Part shown: in pieces, positions 12,045 through 24,281 of the stretch
Numbering within the stretch: the first letter of the stretch is position 1
Layout: each line of letters opens with the position of its first letter
Assembly (NCBI GenBank): GCA_907165135.1
Contig: OU015567.1
Span: 3,348,001-3,412,000, forward strand
Source of the DNA: Oikopleura dioica
Taxonomy: Eukaryota > Animalia > Chordata
DNA: 64,000 bases
Direction of reading: 5' to 3'
Program-made: the position numbers and the translations under genes
Notes under the pieces: model-generated
The model's input: the letters and a program-made list of their open reading frames with translations, nothing else
Database searches by the model: none
What the model was told of the DNA's origin: nothing

Positions 12045-12890
12045 GAGACGGAGCAACGACGGCCCGAAGGGCCGGCAAGCCCCTTAAATTCAAATAAAAG
12101 GAACGGGGCTGAGAATGCCCGGAAAGCCGTCAAGCCCCTTAAATTCAAAAATAAAGGAACGGGGCTGAGACGGCCCGAAGGGCAAGCAAGCCCCTCAAAT
12201 TCAAAAATCAAGAAACAGGGCTGAGACGGCCCGTAGGGCCGGCAAGTCCCTTAAATTTAAAAATCAAGAAAAAGGGCTGAGACGGCCCGAAGGGCCGGCA
12301 AGCCCCCTCAAATTAAAAATCAGGAAACAGGGCTGAAACGGCCCGAAGGGCCGGCAAGCTCCTTAAATAAGAAAATCAAGAAAAAGGGCTGAGAGGGACT
12401 GAAGGGCGGGCAAGCCCCTTAAATAAAAAAATAAAGAAACTGGGCTGAGAGCAAGCCCATTAAAGAAAAAAATCAAAAAACAGGGCTGAGACGGCCCGTA
12501 GGGCCGGCAAGCCCCTTAAATAAAAAATCAAGAAACAGGGCTGAGACGGACCGAAGGGCAAGCAAGCCCTCAAATTAAAAATCAAGAAACAGGGCTGAGA
12601 CGGCCCGTAGGGCCGTCAAGCCCTTAAATAAATAATAAAGAAACAGGGCTAAGACGGCCCGAAGGGCGGGCAAGCCCCTTAAATAAAAAATCAGGATAAA
12701 AGGCTGAGACGGCCCGAAGGGCAAGCAAGCCCTTAAATTCAAAAATCAAAAACAGGGCTAAGACGGCCCGAAGGGCGGCAAGCCCTCAAATTAAAAATCA
12801 AGAAACAGGGCTGAGACGGCCCGTAGGGCCGTCAAGCCTCTTAAATTCAAAAATTAAGAAACAGGGCTGAGACGGCCCGTAGACCCGTTA
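12045..12890 (+). repeat. Diverged tandem array (~14-15 units of ~56-60 bp), forward orientation
   Basis: Recurrent GGGCTGAGACGGCCCG(A/T)AGGGCCGGCAAGCCCCTTAAA...AAATCAAGAAACA units. Confidence 0.9.
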
Positions 12891-12907
12891 AAATGGAAAA
12901 TCAATCG

Positions 12908-15639
12908 TTTGGGCCGTCTGAGCTCCATTCCTTAATTTTTGAATTTAAGGGGCTTGACGGATCTTTGGGCCGTCTCAGCTTTTTTTCTTGATTTTTTTAT
13001 TTAAGGGGCTTACCCGCATTTCGGGCCGTCTCAGCCCTCTTTCTCGATTTTTTTATTTAAGGGGCTTGCCGGCCCTTCGGGCCGTTTCAGCCCTGTTCCT
13101 TGATTTTAAATTTTAACGGCTTGCCGGCCCTTCGGGCCGTTTCAGCCCTGTTCCTTGATTTTAAATTTTAACGGGCTTGACGGCCCTTCGGGCCGTTTCA
13201 GCCCTGTTCCTTGATTTTAAATTTTAACGGGCTTGACGGCCCTTCGGGCCGTTTCAGCCCTGTTCCTTGATTTTAAATTTTAACGGGCTTGACGGCCCTT
13301 CGGGCCGTTTCAGCCCTGTTCCTTGATTTTAAATTTCGGGCTTGACGGCCCTTCGGGCCGTTTCAGCCCTGTTCCTTGATTTTAAATTTTAACGGGCTTG
13401 ACGGCCCTTCGGGCCGTTTCAGCCCTGTTCCTTGATTTTAAATTTTAACGGGCTTGACGGCCCTTCGGGCCGTTTCAGCCCTGTTCCTTGATTTTAAATT
13501 TTAACGCGCTTGACGGCCCTTCGGGCCGTTTCAGCCCTGTTCCTTGATTTTAAATTTTAACGGGCTTGACGGCCCTTCGGGCCGTTTCAGCCCTGTTCCT
13601 TGATTTTTAATTTTAACGGGCTTGACGGCCCTTCGGGCCGTTTCAGCCCTGTTCCTTGATTTTAAATTTTAACGGGCTTGACGGCCCTTCGGGCCGTTTC
13701 AGCCCTGTTCCTTGATTTTAAATTTTAACGGGCTTGACGGCCCTTCGGGCCGTTTCAGCCCTGTTCCTTGATTTTAAATTTTAACGGGCTTGACGGCCCT
13801 TCGGGCCGTTTCAGCCCTGTTCCTTGATTTTAAATTTTAACGGGCTTGACGGCCCTTCGGGCCGTTTCAGCCCTGTTCCTTGATTTTAAATTTTAACGGG
13901 CTTGACGGCCCTTCGGGCCGTTTCAGCCCTGTTCCTTGATTTTAAATTTTAACGGGCTTGACGGCCCTTCGGGCCGTTTCAGCCCTGTTCCTTGATTTTA
14001 AATTTTAACGGGCTTGACGGCCCTTCGGGCCGTTTCAGCCCTGTTCCTTGATTTTAAATTTTAACGGGCTTGACGGCCCTTCGGGCCGTTTCAGCCCTGT
14101 TCCTTGATTTTAAATTTTAACGGGCTTGACGGCCCTTCGGGCCGTTTCAGCCCTGTTCCTTGATTTTAAATTTTAACGGGCTTGACGGCCCTTCGGGCCG
14201 TTTCAGCCCTGTTCCTTGATTTTAAATTTTAACGGGCTTGACGGCCCTTCGGGCCGTTTCAGCCCTGTTCCTTGATTTTAAATTTTAACGGGCTTGACGG
14301 CCCTTCGGGCCGTTTCAGCCCTGTTCCTTGATTTTAAATTTTAACGGGCTTGACGGCCCTTCGGGCCGTTTCAGCCCTGTTCCTTGATTTTAAATTTAAC
14401 GGGCTTGACGGCCCTTCGGGCCGTTTCAGCCCTGTTCCTTGATTTTAAATTTTAACGGGCTTGACGGCCCTTCGGGCCGTTTCAGCCCTGTTCCTTGATT
14501 TTAAATTTAACGGGCTTGACGGCCCTTCGGGCCGTTTCAGCCCTGTTCCTTGATTTTAAATTTTAACGGGCTTGACGGCCCTTCGGGCCGTTTCAGCCCT
14601 GTTCCTTGATTTTAAATTTTAACGGGCTTGACGGCCCTTCGGGCCGTTTCAGCCCTGTTCCTTGATTTTAAATTTTAACGGGCTTGACGGCCCTTCGGGC
14701 CGTTTCAGCCCTGTTCCTTGATTTTAAATTTTAACGGGCTTGACGGCCCTTCGGGCCGTTTCAGCCCTGTTCCTTGATTTTAAATTTTAACGGGCTTGAC
14801 GGCCCTTCGGGCCGTTTCAGCCCTGTTCCTTGATTTTAAATTTTAACGGGCTTGACGGCCCTTCGGGCCGTTTCAGCCCTGTTCCTTGATTTTAAATTTT
14901 AACGGGCTTGACGGCCCTTCGGGCCGTTTCAGCCCTGTTCCTTGATTTTAAATTTTAACGGGCTTGACGGCCCTTCGGGCCGTTTCAGCCCTGTTCCTTG
15001 ATTTTAAATTTTAACGGGCTTGACGGCCCTTCGGGCCGTTTCAGCCCTGTTCCTTGATTTTAAATTTTAACGGGCTTGACGGCCCTTCGGGCCGTTTCAG
15101 CCCTGTTCCTTGATTTTAAATTTTAACGGGCTTGACGGCCCTTCGGGCCGTTTCAGCCCTGTTCCTTGATTTTAAATTTTAACGGGCTTGACGGCCCTTC
15201 GGGCCGTTTCAGCCCTGTTCCTTGATTTTAAATTTTAACGGGCTTGACGGCCCTTCGGGCCGTTTCAGCCCTGTTCCTTGATTTTAAATTTTAACGGGCT
15301 TGACGGCCCTTCGGGCCGTTTCAGCCCTGTTCCTTGATTTTAAATTTTAACGGGCTTGACGGCCCTTCGGGCCGTTTCAGCCCTGTTCCTTGATTTTAAA
15401 TTTTAACGGGCTTGACGGCCCTTCGGGCCGTTTCAGCCCTGTTCCTTGATTTTAAATTTTAACGGGCTTGACGGCCCTTCGGGCCGTTTCAGCCCTGTTC
15501 CTTGATTTTAAATTTTAACGGGCTTGACGGCCCTTCGGGCCGTTTCAGCCCTGTTCCTTGATTTTAAATTTTAACGGGCTTGACGGCCCTTCGGGCCGTT
15601 TCAGCCCTGTTCCTTGATTTTAAATTTAACGGGCTTGAC
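12908..15639 (-). repeat. Same satellite in reverse orientation; ~45 near-identical 56-bp units from ~13075
   Basis: Unit CCCTTCGGGCCGTTTCAGCCCTGTTCCTTGATTTTAAATTTTAACGGGCTTGACGG repeats with period 56; only occasional indels or substitutions. Confidence 0.97.
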
Positions 15640-15846
15640 AAAGGCTGAGAAGTCTGAGTTGATCAATGTCAGTTCTGTCCCCAACCCCACCCGCACCCAT
15701 GGTTTTAAAAATTCATATTACATTTGCTTTTTTCTTGTTTATGGTTTTTATTCATCCGCCCCTCTAGAAGTATAAATTCACAATTTTGCGCTTGCCATTT
15801 GACTTCGACTTTGGAAGGGTTCATTCCTTTTAGATTCGAAAATTTA

Positions 15847-16095
15847 GAAGCTACAGCTCAGCTAAGCTCAGCAATATTGAGGGTTCAGCTCACTTCAGCT
15901 CAGCTCAGCTCAATTTTTCCGAAGAAAGCTCGCTCAGCGCAGCTCAAAAATTTTCAAATATGCCCCAGCTCAGCTTAATTTTTTTGAAAAAGTCTAGCTC
16001 AGCTCAGCGCAGCTCAACTTAGTTATTTTTAAAAAGGGCCCGCTCAGCTTAGCTCAGCTCAATCTCGACCTCACCTCTGCTAGCTCAGCTCAGAA
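15847..16095 (+). repeat. Clustered (CAGCT/AGCTC)n pentamer repeats separated by A/T tracts
   Basis: Multiple GCTCAGCTCAGC runs at ~15860, 15890, 15930, 15965, 15995, 16045, 16080. Confidence 0.8.
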
Positions 16096-17612
16096 AAAAT
16101 TTTCAAAGATTTGCAACCCTGCGTGAAGCTGTTTTCCTTTTCTTCGTTGAACAGGTCTGATTCAAGTTCGGCGATGCGCGAACATGTCGCGGAACTTGTC
16201 CATCTTTTCGTATTGATCTTCGAATTTGAGCTTGAGCTCTTCATATTTGAACTACATCTGATCAGATTGCTTGTTCGAGCTGCTGCCCCTAAGAGTCTCC
16301 TCGAGAGTTGCCGACTTAAATGCTTCAGGCATTCAATTTCTTCTTCTTGGCGTTTTTGAAGAGATACAAATTCGGCCAACGTTTAGACTGGACCGATTCT
16401 TTTTCCTTGGTAACCGAGTCCATCTTCATTTTCATCTGTTTGGACATTTGTTTTTGCAGGAACGCAGGGAGGTCTTCCGGAGGAAGCGTGTCAATCTTCG
16501 ACTGAAAGTCGATCACGATTGGGCACAACAAGTTCTCCCTTCGTCTTTGACTGCAAAAACAATTTGGTCAGGATCTTTAGCGCAATTTCTCGTTTCTGCG
16601 CGCATTTTCGCTTCTCCGATTCCACAACAGAAAAGAACTTAAAATATGCCCTTTTCTCATGCTGATTCCTTGAGAGAATAATTTTCGAGAAATAGCAAGC
16701 AAAAATAACGCCTCTTTCACCTCTATTTCTCCTCTCAGACAGATGCTTCTGAAATACCCGACAAAATAGGCTCGTAATGGCCAGAGACGACTTTACATGC
16801 AACCTTCAGAAACTCTTTACAACTTCATATCTCATAATTTTTGAATAGATGGTTAATAAAGTGGTCTTTAAGGATTTTTTTGATCCAAGAATCATCGAAT
16901 TTTATCGTTCCAGTCCCGAGAAATCATCATTTTAGTGAAACTCTCCGAGCCTTTTTGTGAACAAGGCTTTCAGGAGTGTCAACCAATCAGCGCGCAGCTG
17001 AAAACAGAAAAGCGCCACAAGCGTCGAGAGAGAAAAAAACAACTCCCGGAGGTTCATTTCTAGCGATTGGAAGATGCGTCAGTGAAAATTTTTGCAGATT
17101 TGGAATTCTCGTTCAAATTTATGTTAGTCTAGCATTTAAAATTTCTAAGATCTTGAAAGCTTCACCCAGATCGAAAAAATCACACTTTGACGCATCATTT
17201 TTACGAAAATGACTAATAGTTATGAAAAGATTTCTGCACCACTAGAATCGCCGTCAAAAGTTCTACTAGTCCATCAGTCTTAAAATTACTCTAGACCCTT
17301 TTTTCGGGTACCTAAAAATTTGTGCGATATCCCTATGTATATTAGTTTCTGCCAAATAAAGATTTTAACTTTAAATCATGAGTATCTCTATGACAGAAAC
17401 TGATAATAAGTTTGCACAGAGAAGCTGATCTTTGTCAATTCTAAAACTGAATAAACGGGCGTCGCTCGCCAGGCGGAAATGTGTTTGATCAGTTCACAAT
17501 TGTCAGTGCTCATTCACTTTCTCCATTGAATTGTTCTACTTTCGCCATAAAATCAGAACTAAAAGAAATCAAGGAAGAGAAAAGCAGCGAAAACAGAAGA
17601 GAATTTAAAAAA

Positions 17613-18597
17613 ATGATTGAGTCAGAGCTTTTTATAGGAATGGTCAATGGACACAAATATGAAGGTAAGAGTCAAAAAATAACGGCTAAAAATTCTGAAA
17701 TAATGAAGAACCACCCTTATTTTCCTCGCTAGAAATTGTCTTCTTGGTGATAAACAGAACAAAACGTCCTCCTTGTCTTATATTGATTTGCTTTCTGAAA
17801 ATATAGCCTATTTCAATTTAATATATATTATTATTATATATAGCCTATATAATATAGGTTTAAATCTGAAAACTAAAACGAATCATCCCTTTTCTAGAAA
17901 GAAGTTGCAACGAGAATGATCAACCAGCAACTACTACCCATGTCTGGAAACATTCCAAAGCATCTTCAAGTAAATAACTTTCGATAAGAACTGTACTTTC
18001 CGTAACTTTCGTCTGAGTTGCTATTTGCCGAGCAATTAAAAGTTTGACAAGATTTTCGTATTTGCTCTGAAGATAATGACTGCTGATAGAGCTGCACTTC
18101 TTGTTTATTGACCCGTGCCGGAAGCGATCCTGCATAACTGTAAATTCCCAAAGTCAGTCTTTTAGGCGGTAAGAACTGCGGTGAAGCTATTCGATGATTT
18201 CTGCCACAAAAGATGGGATGAACTCAAAGCGGAAGCAACGAAAGAAGGGATGGTGTTGACTTCTTTTCTAGAGCTCGTTACCGATTCTAGAGGCGACCCA
18301 GGTACTTAGTATTGAATTATATGGACTTTCACAATTGTCTAACAGTATAGGAATTGGAAGAAAAACTAAATATTTCTTGTCATTTTCATGCCAAAGGAAA
18401 AAAAAAGACAGATTTGTCAATTTCAATTTTCCTTTATGATTTTTCTTTTTCAGAAAACTTCCAATTTAGTTTGCATCGAAAGAATAAACCATGAGTGGCG
18501 AAAAACCAACTTGAAGAAAGTCTCCTGGAAGTCTGGTCAATACGATTTTCTGCTGCCAGCAAAACACATTCAAAAATATGGAAGGCTTTTATTCTGA
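17613..18597 (+). CDS. Probable multi-exon gene of unknown function; structure uncertain
   Basis: Exon-like pieces bounded by AG/GT: MIESELFIGMVNGHKYE; KEVATRMINQQLLPMSGNIPKHLQ; AVRTAVKLFDDFCHKRWDELKAEATKEG...; terminal KTSNLVCIERINHEWRK...GRLLF*. Confidence 0.35.
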
Positions 18598-18633
18598 GGC
18601 GCGTATATAAATTTTTTAATTGAAGAAAATATA

Positions 18634-20661
18634 CTAGTAGCAAATTTCGTTCAAAAACGATTGGTTTTTGTAAACATCACTGTGGGATAGTTTTGAGCGG
18701 GCGAGATTTATTGCGTCTTCGGAAAGGACGTTTTTGTCTTCTGGGCCGGCGAAGACGTATTTTAGGCATTCTTCTGGGTCGTAGCCAAGAGCGGCCAGAT
18801 CTGAAATAAAATAGATTGGTTTCAAACGAGGGCTCTTATTGGGGTTTTTGACCAAATATATATCATTATATCTGCTTCCCCAACCCTAACCTGAACTTTC
18901 TAGTCAATAGGTACGAGAAAAACTTACCCATAAAATAAATCATGTAAATCTTCTTGGCGACATCTCTTGGAACATCTTTCCAGAATTCACTTGGATGCGT
19001 GTGAGCTAAGGGGCTTGTTTTGTATTGATCTTCCATAACCGGTTTGATTGGTGCGATCTTTTCCCAAGTGTAGTTGTATTCGTTGTGCACTTCTTCGAGG
19101 TGGAGAATCATGTCGTAGTTGAAGTGACAGTAGCTGCACTCCCAGTACACCCTTAATCAAATTATAGAGCGTAAAAATGAGGTAGAACTCACGTTCTCCA
19201 ATGCCGATTATTGCAAAATTCACTTGGATTCGCCGCTCTGTAAGAAACAAAAGCTTCAAAAGAGCACGAATATTTCTCATCATGTTCGTATCCTTCTTCA
19301 AATGTCTCTATCGAAGGCAAAAAGAACCCTTGACGGCGTGCGTTGATGTTGACATTGAATTTATCTCGCCAGGCGGAGACAAGTCGCTGGAAGGGGTTTC
19401 GGGTGTTGACGATTTTGATGTCAGACATTGCGTTGATTCGTTTGGCATCGCCGTAGTCGGAAGGATCAGCCCGAGGAATTGTTCCTTTTCCGTGATCTCC
19501 ACTCAGAGAGGCTGAATAAATTAATTATTTTTACACTCAATATATGCGGGTTTCATCAATCGCAAACTTTACGTGGGTAATTCTCGTCAAAATAGCTAGA
19601 CTCTAAAAATATATGATGAGGACTTATAAAATAAATTTATGGTTTGTTGCCATATACCTACCTACATTTTGAGGTGCTCTCTAGAAGATATTCGAGACAA
19701 TAAATAAAAGATGGAAATACTTTCGATTTTCAGAAATAGCCTTTTAGCGAAATGAAAAGGGAAAAATATTTAATCCAAAAACATAAGCCGGATATATTTT
19801 TAGGAGTTTTTGATCAGCAACCTCCATTCTTCTTTCATTTAATTACCTAGAGCATTTTGCCAATTCGTCGTTCCACATTTAGGAGGCAAACATATCGTCA
19901 AATTCAAATCTCTTTGGAAGAAAATATCAATCTTCGACTTCGATCTTCCCTTGATGAATCTTGCTTTATTGTACTTTTTCGAAAAACTTGGGGAGTTGCA
20001 CTGAATCGGCTGACGATCTTCTTGAGGAGCAGGGCCTTCGAGGTCGTAAATTTGGCGATGGAGGGCGAGAAGGCCGTCGAAATCTTCTTGATCGACGAGG
20101 TTTTGGATTTTTCTTCGGACACCGCAGGTGCGTTTCATGTATTTTACTCGGTTCTTCATGACTGTATTTATTTTCTGCCACTCTAAACGATTCACATAAG
20201 AAGACATCATAACTTTATCAATAAATCTATGCGTTTAACATTTTATTTTACTTTGTTAGCGACTCAATCTCTAAATAAATATATAATATATTATTCTATA
20301 AGCATATTGAGAACTTGACGCTTAAAGCAGAAGATAAAAAAATTCAAACAATACCCTCATCATGTTCAAGAAACGACGGTCCTAAATTCAGCGCGTCGGA
20401 AAACTTTTCTTTCATCTTCAAAAAATCTTCATATTCATCCTCGTACTCTTCGCTTTCATCGTCATCTTCATAAATATAATCGTCAATTTTCTCTTCAATC
20501 ATTTTCTGCTGATACTCTTTATAATAACTCAAAATATTCGACGAATCCACCACAAGTCCGTCATTCTCCAAATTCGCTCCAAACTCAATCGCCAACGAAA
20601 AAATCACAATGAAAAGAATAAAAAATGCGCAAACAGCTCTCAAGGTACCATAGTTTTGCAT
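18634..20661 (-). CDS. Carbohydrate sulfotransferase paralog (Sulfotransfer_2 / CHST-like)
   Basis: N-terminal TM (AVCAFFILFIVIFSLAI), acidic stem, CLPPKCGTTNW, NTRNPFQRLVSAWRDKF, NRHWR..YWECSYCHFNYDMI, IYMIYFM|DLAALGY. Confidence 0.9.
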
Positions 20662-22732
20662 TTTTCAGGCAACTAGAGCCGGGAAAAAGGAAGGTTCACA
20701 TAATAAGATGCCGGTTTCACAATTTTAGGATGCACTGACGCTAATGTTTATTTTCAAGATAGTTGTAAAATCTCAGCCTCAAGGCGCTCAATAAAAACAA
20801 TGATTATTAGGGGCCGAATTGAAGGCAATTCATTTTCGGGAAAAATAAAAATTCTCGCAATTTATTTTTTAATTAAAAATTCTTGTTTTTTGTGAACTTG
20901 ATGGTATAACCGGTCGAAAAATTTTAATCCTCCGTGAGTCTTTTTTATAATTCCGAGGTCAGCGAAAAGCTTTGACGGAAGAGCCCGTTATCATTTATTC
21001 CGAAAACAAAGCGTTGTTTTATCCAGAACAAGCACTCTTCAATTAAGTCTAGGTTCATCTTATTGCCACGCTAAACATTATTCCAGGAACAAAGGGGTTC
21101 TTCAGAACGTAACAAACTTCAATTAAATTTAATCGATCCTAATTATTCTTTGTATTTGAATTCTTAATTACGGCTGATTATTAAGGGTGTCATTATGAAT
21201 TTCGCCATTTTCGATTTGGATACCCTTAAAATTTAAGGCTTAAATGTCGGAAGAGCTAGGGAAAAGAGAAAAATAAACCTAAAATTTTGAAGAAAAAAAA
21301 ATAATCTCAAATATTTGGAGCCTCATTAAAATTATTTATTTTAATTATTTCGAGGGAAAACGGCGCTAACTGCTGATTAACTGGCGCTTATCGTTACGAA
21401 TCTGTTGATGGCGGATTAACTGGCCGAGAGCGGTGGAACTGTTTTGGTAAAATGAGAATTGTTTAGACTCAATGTTTCACTCGTGTTGATACCCTTAACA
21501 AGGCGGGCGCGCGTCAGGCGAATTTGTTGAGTTTTTTCGAATTCGACGAGTTTGAAGCCAAAATACACGCTCAATTATTTCTGTTTATAAAAACAATTTG
21601 TTCAAATCGAAAATTGAGCTTTCGTTTTTTACACCAGCAATTATTGACGATAGTTGTCCAACAAGAAAAAAAGCAATTTGTAAAAGTACGAATCGCTTTA
21701 TCCATTATTGTAACGACAAGTGATTAAAAAGGCATTTTCGCGCGCGTTGCAAGAAATGTTTGTGTTGGTCAATTATATATTGTATACGAATTGTTCCAGG
21801 ATTATTTGCAAGAAATACAATTTTGGTCGGAAATAACGGAGTTCTCATTTTAAAACATTGATAATTCAAAGTCATCTTTTTCAAAACTACTATTTTATAA
21901 TCGTTTTCAAACAATTTTTTCGAAAGAAAATATTTTTTAATTTTCTTTAGTGTTCAGGAACAAGGCAACCGGTCATGTTTTTATATTTTCAACCGAAATT
22001 CCAGTGAAAAAAAGACGGATAAGATAATTGATAGACGCTAGAAGAAGGATTTGACAGGTTCGGTATTACCGAATCGGTAAGTTAACCACTTATAGTAATG
22101 ACTCATTACCTCTTCAAAATTCAATAAAGTTCAGTTGTTTTTTGACAAAGAAATCATTTGTAATTGACAAATGTCTTACTGAAAAGAAGACGGTGAATTA
22201 ACCCGTTAGCAGGCGCGAGGCCCTCTCAGGACCTTGCGTTGAAATGAGTAGCCAATCACATGCTCGGATCCATGATTTCACTCAATCACAGACTGGCAAA
22301 AGCATAGGAGAAATCGACCTTCCTGTGAACGGGTTAAAACATCCAAATTTCGATTCTTGAGAAACCTGACGACGAAATATAGGTCTCATGAAGCAGGATT
22401 AAACTTACAGGGAAAGAAAAACCCTTCTTGATAAACGTTGTATAAATCCCTTAAAAATAATCCCCAAGCCGATGCTATAAGTGTATATCCAAAACAACTG
22501 CCTTCCTCCGCTGGTTGAGCCCGTTTAAAATGTATTGCGGCTTCGTAAAGTTTGTGTTGTTGGTGGTCGGACGAGCGCCACCACGGGCGAGAATCGAAAC
22601 AACCAATTTTTCTAGTTCCTAGATTAATAAAAAAGAATTCAACTCTAGCTTTCTTTTTTTGTAATAAGCCGCGGCTTCATTTGTAAATTTTTTATTGGAG
22701 AGAAAAGCGAAGACGGAAAAGTTTGTAAAAGA

Positions 22733-24281
22733 ATGAATTTCCGGCTACTAGCGGCTCTTCTCGCGGCTTCAGAAGGTCTTGGCACTGAAGATGTAAGTTT
22801 CATTGATCCTTTTGCAGTAAACATATGCTTAATATTTTTAATTATTTAAAGAATAATGATATTTTGAAGTTTATAGAAATCTATATTTTATCATAATATA
22901 TTTTTATTCATATGAAAATTAATCGATAATTCATTTTAACTACTTTATAACTACTTAATTAGTGTCTTGGGGTCTTTGGCAAGATAAAGCCTTAACTACC
23001 ATGACTGTAGGAGTTCAGCCGTTTTCAGAGAAAATCCAAAATATTTAAATATGCACTATTTGAGAGCAATTAGAAGACTACTAGTTGAGGTCGTTCTAGG
23101 AGAATGGTATGATAAAAAGCCGATTTATTAGTGATTAACCCTAGTTGAAACTCACGATCTTGTATATAATAAATGCAAATCTCACGATATCTTTTACTTA
23201 GCAATGAGCAGGCCTCCAAATTCAAAGCATGATTATGGTTTTCGAAAAAGCAACAAAATCGTGCCCGTTAGTGTCGATCGCACCATGTTATTAGGGCGCG
23301 AAGCATTGGTAATCCTGCACACTTTCTTGGGATTACGCGTTCGCTTCGATGTTCATCCCCGCGTTTTAAATTTGACAGTCTTACTAATTGATTCTTCGTC
23401 GGGCCCGTTCATTTTCACGTCAATCGAGAACAAGAAATTTTGATTGAACTCTTTCAGACGCCATACGAAAAGCGAATTGTCAATCGATGGAATCTCATGC
23501 GAAAGTGGGTCAAGGCCAATCTCGTTGGACATTTGCACGCTGAAAAGACTGCTGATAATCAAGAGGTAACGAAAAACGAACTCTTACCTGAAAATTTTCA
23601 TAAATTATTATTTCAGCCAAAGGCGATCAAGAAAATCAACCGAGGAGAAAAATACATGCTCGACTACTACAAGCGAAAGCTCAACAAAATCACCGATCCA
23701 GACAAGTGGTCCAGATGCTCGGGACATGATCAGGCAGAATCTAGCGTTCCAGACGTCACACATGAAGTGGGAACCGCAGCATACGCCATTGTAAGTTTCT
23801 TCTTACAACTTCTAACTTGATAAGTTATCAATTTTTCGCATCCGTATTTCTATTGAGCGGAAACAATTTAATCGTGAGCCGCAATCTAGCACGTGGTTTG
23901 TTCTGCGGTCCAATCGGGTTTTCTTTAAAAATTTTTCAAAAATTTAAAGACGATTTTTAGGCGAAAATGAACCAGGTGGTTGAGGACGTCTTCACCGAGG
24001 AATGCAAGTTCAAACCAGCTTTGACAGAAACTCGCCGGGCAATGTACGAGAATCTTCTGAATGTCACCTTCATGAAGTACGCCAAGCAGTGCAAGAAGAT
24101 CAACCCCTTCGAATGCGACACTGAATACTGCGTGGCGAAGCAATACGGATGGGGCAGCACAAAATGCACTGTTCGGGAGGAAGAAGTTGCTTTGGTTCAT
24201 GACGATGAGGGAGACACGAGATTTGGCGAAGATGGAAAGTATGAAGATACTTGGTGGATGAACTACAACTTATTACAGTAA
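22733..24281 (+). CDS. Secreted orphan protein (4 exons)
   Basis: Signal peptide MNFRLLAALLAASEGLG, GT donor; in-frame exons from 23459 (TPYEKRIVNRW...), ~23617 (PKAIKKINRG...), and ~23961 (AKMNQVVEDVF...CKKINPFECDTEYCVAKQYGWG...YNLLQ*). Confidence 0.7.

Larger units (their letters stand above)
10880..17335. mobile_element. Non-autonomous cut-and-paste DNA transposon, hAT-like, carrying cargo
   Basis: 8-bp direct repeat TGTATATT at 10872-10879 and 17336-17343; termini TAGGGATATCGCACAAATTTT...GTACCCGAAAAAAGGGT inverted (39/41 identical), patchy inverted similarity continuing ~260 bp; no transposase motif recognised inside. Confidence 0.88.

Noticed and set aside
11686-12211. Minus-strand ORFs of 135 and 65 aa
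   Set aside because: Antisense shadows of the RPL12 fragment and the satellite
12045-15639. CRISPR-like array (palindromic repeats)
   Set aside because: Units are contiguous and identical with no unique spacers, there are no cas genes, and the context is eukaryotic; it is a satellite
23204-23443. 79-aa ORF inside intron 1 of the secreted orphan (nested gene?)
   Set aside because: No homology, signal or splice evidence; length compatible with chance
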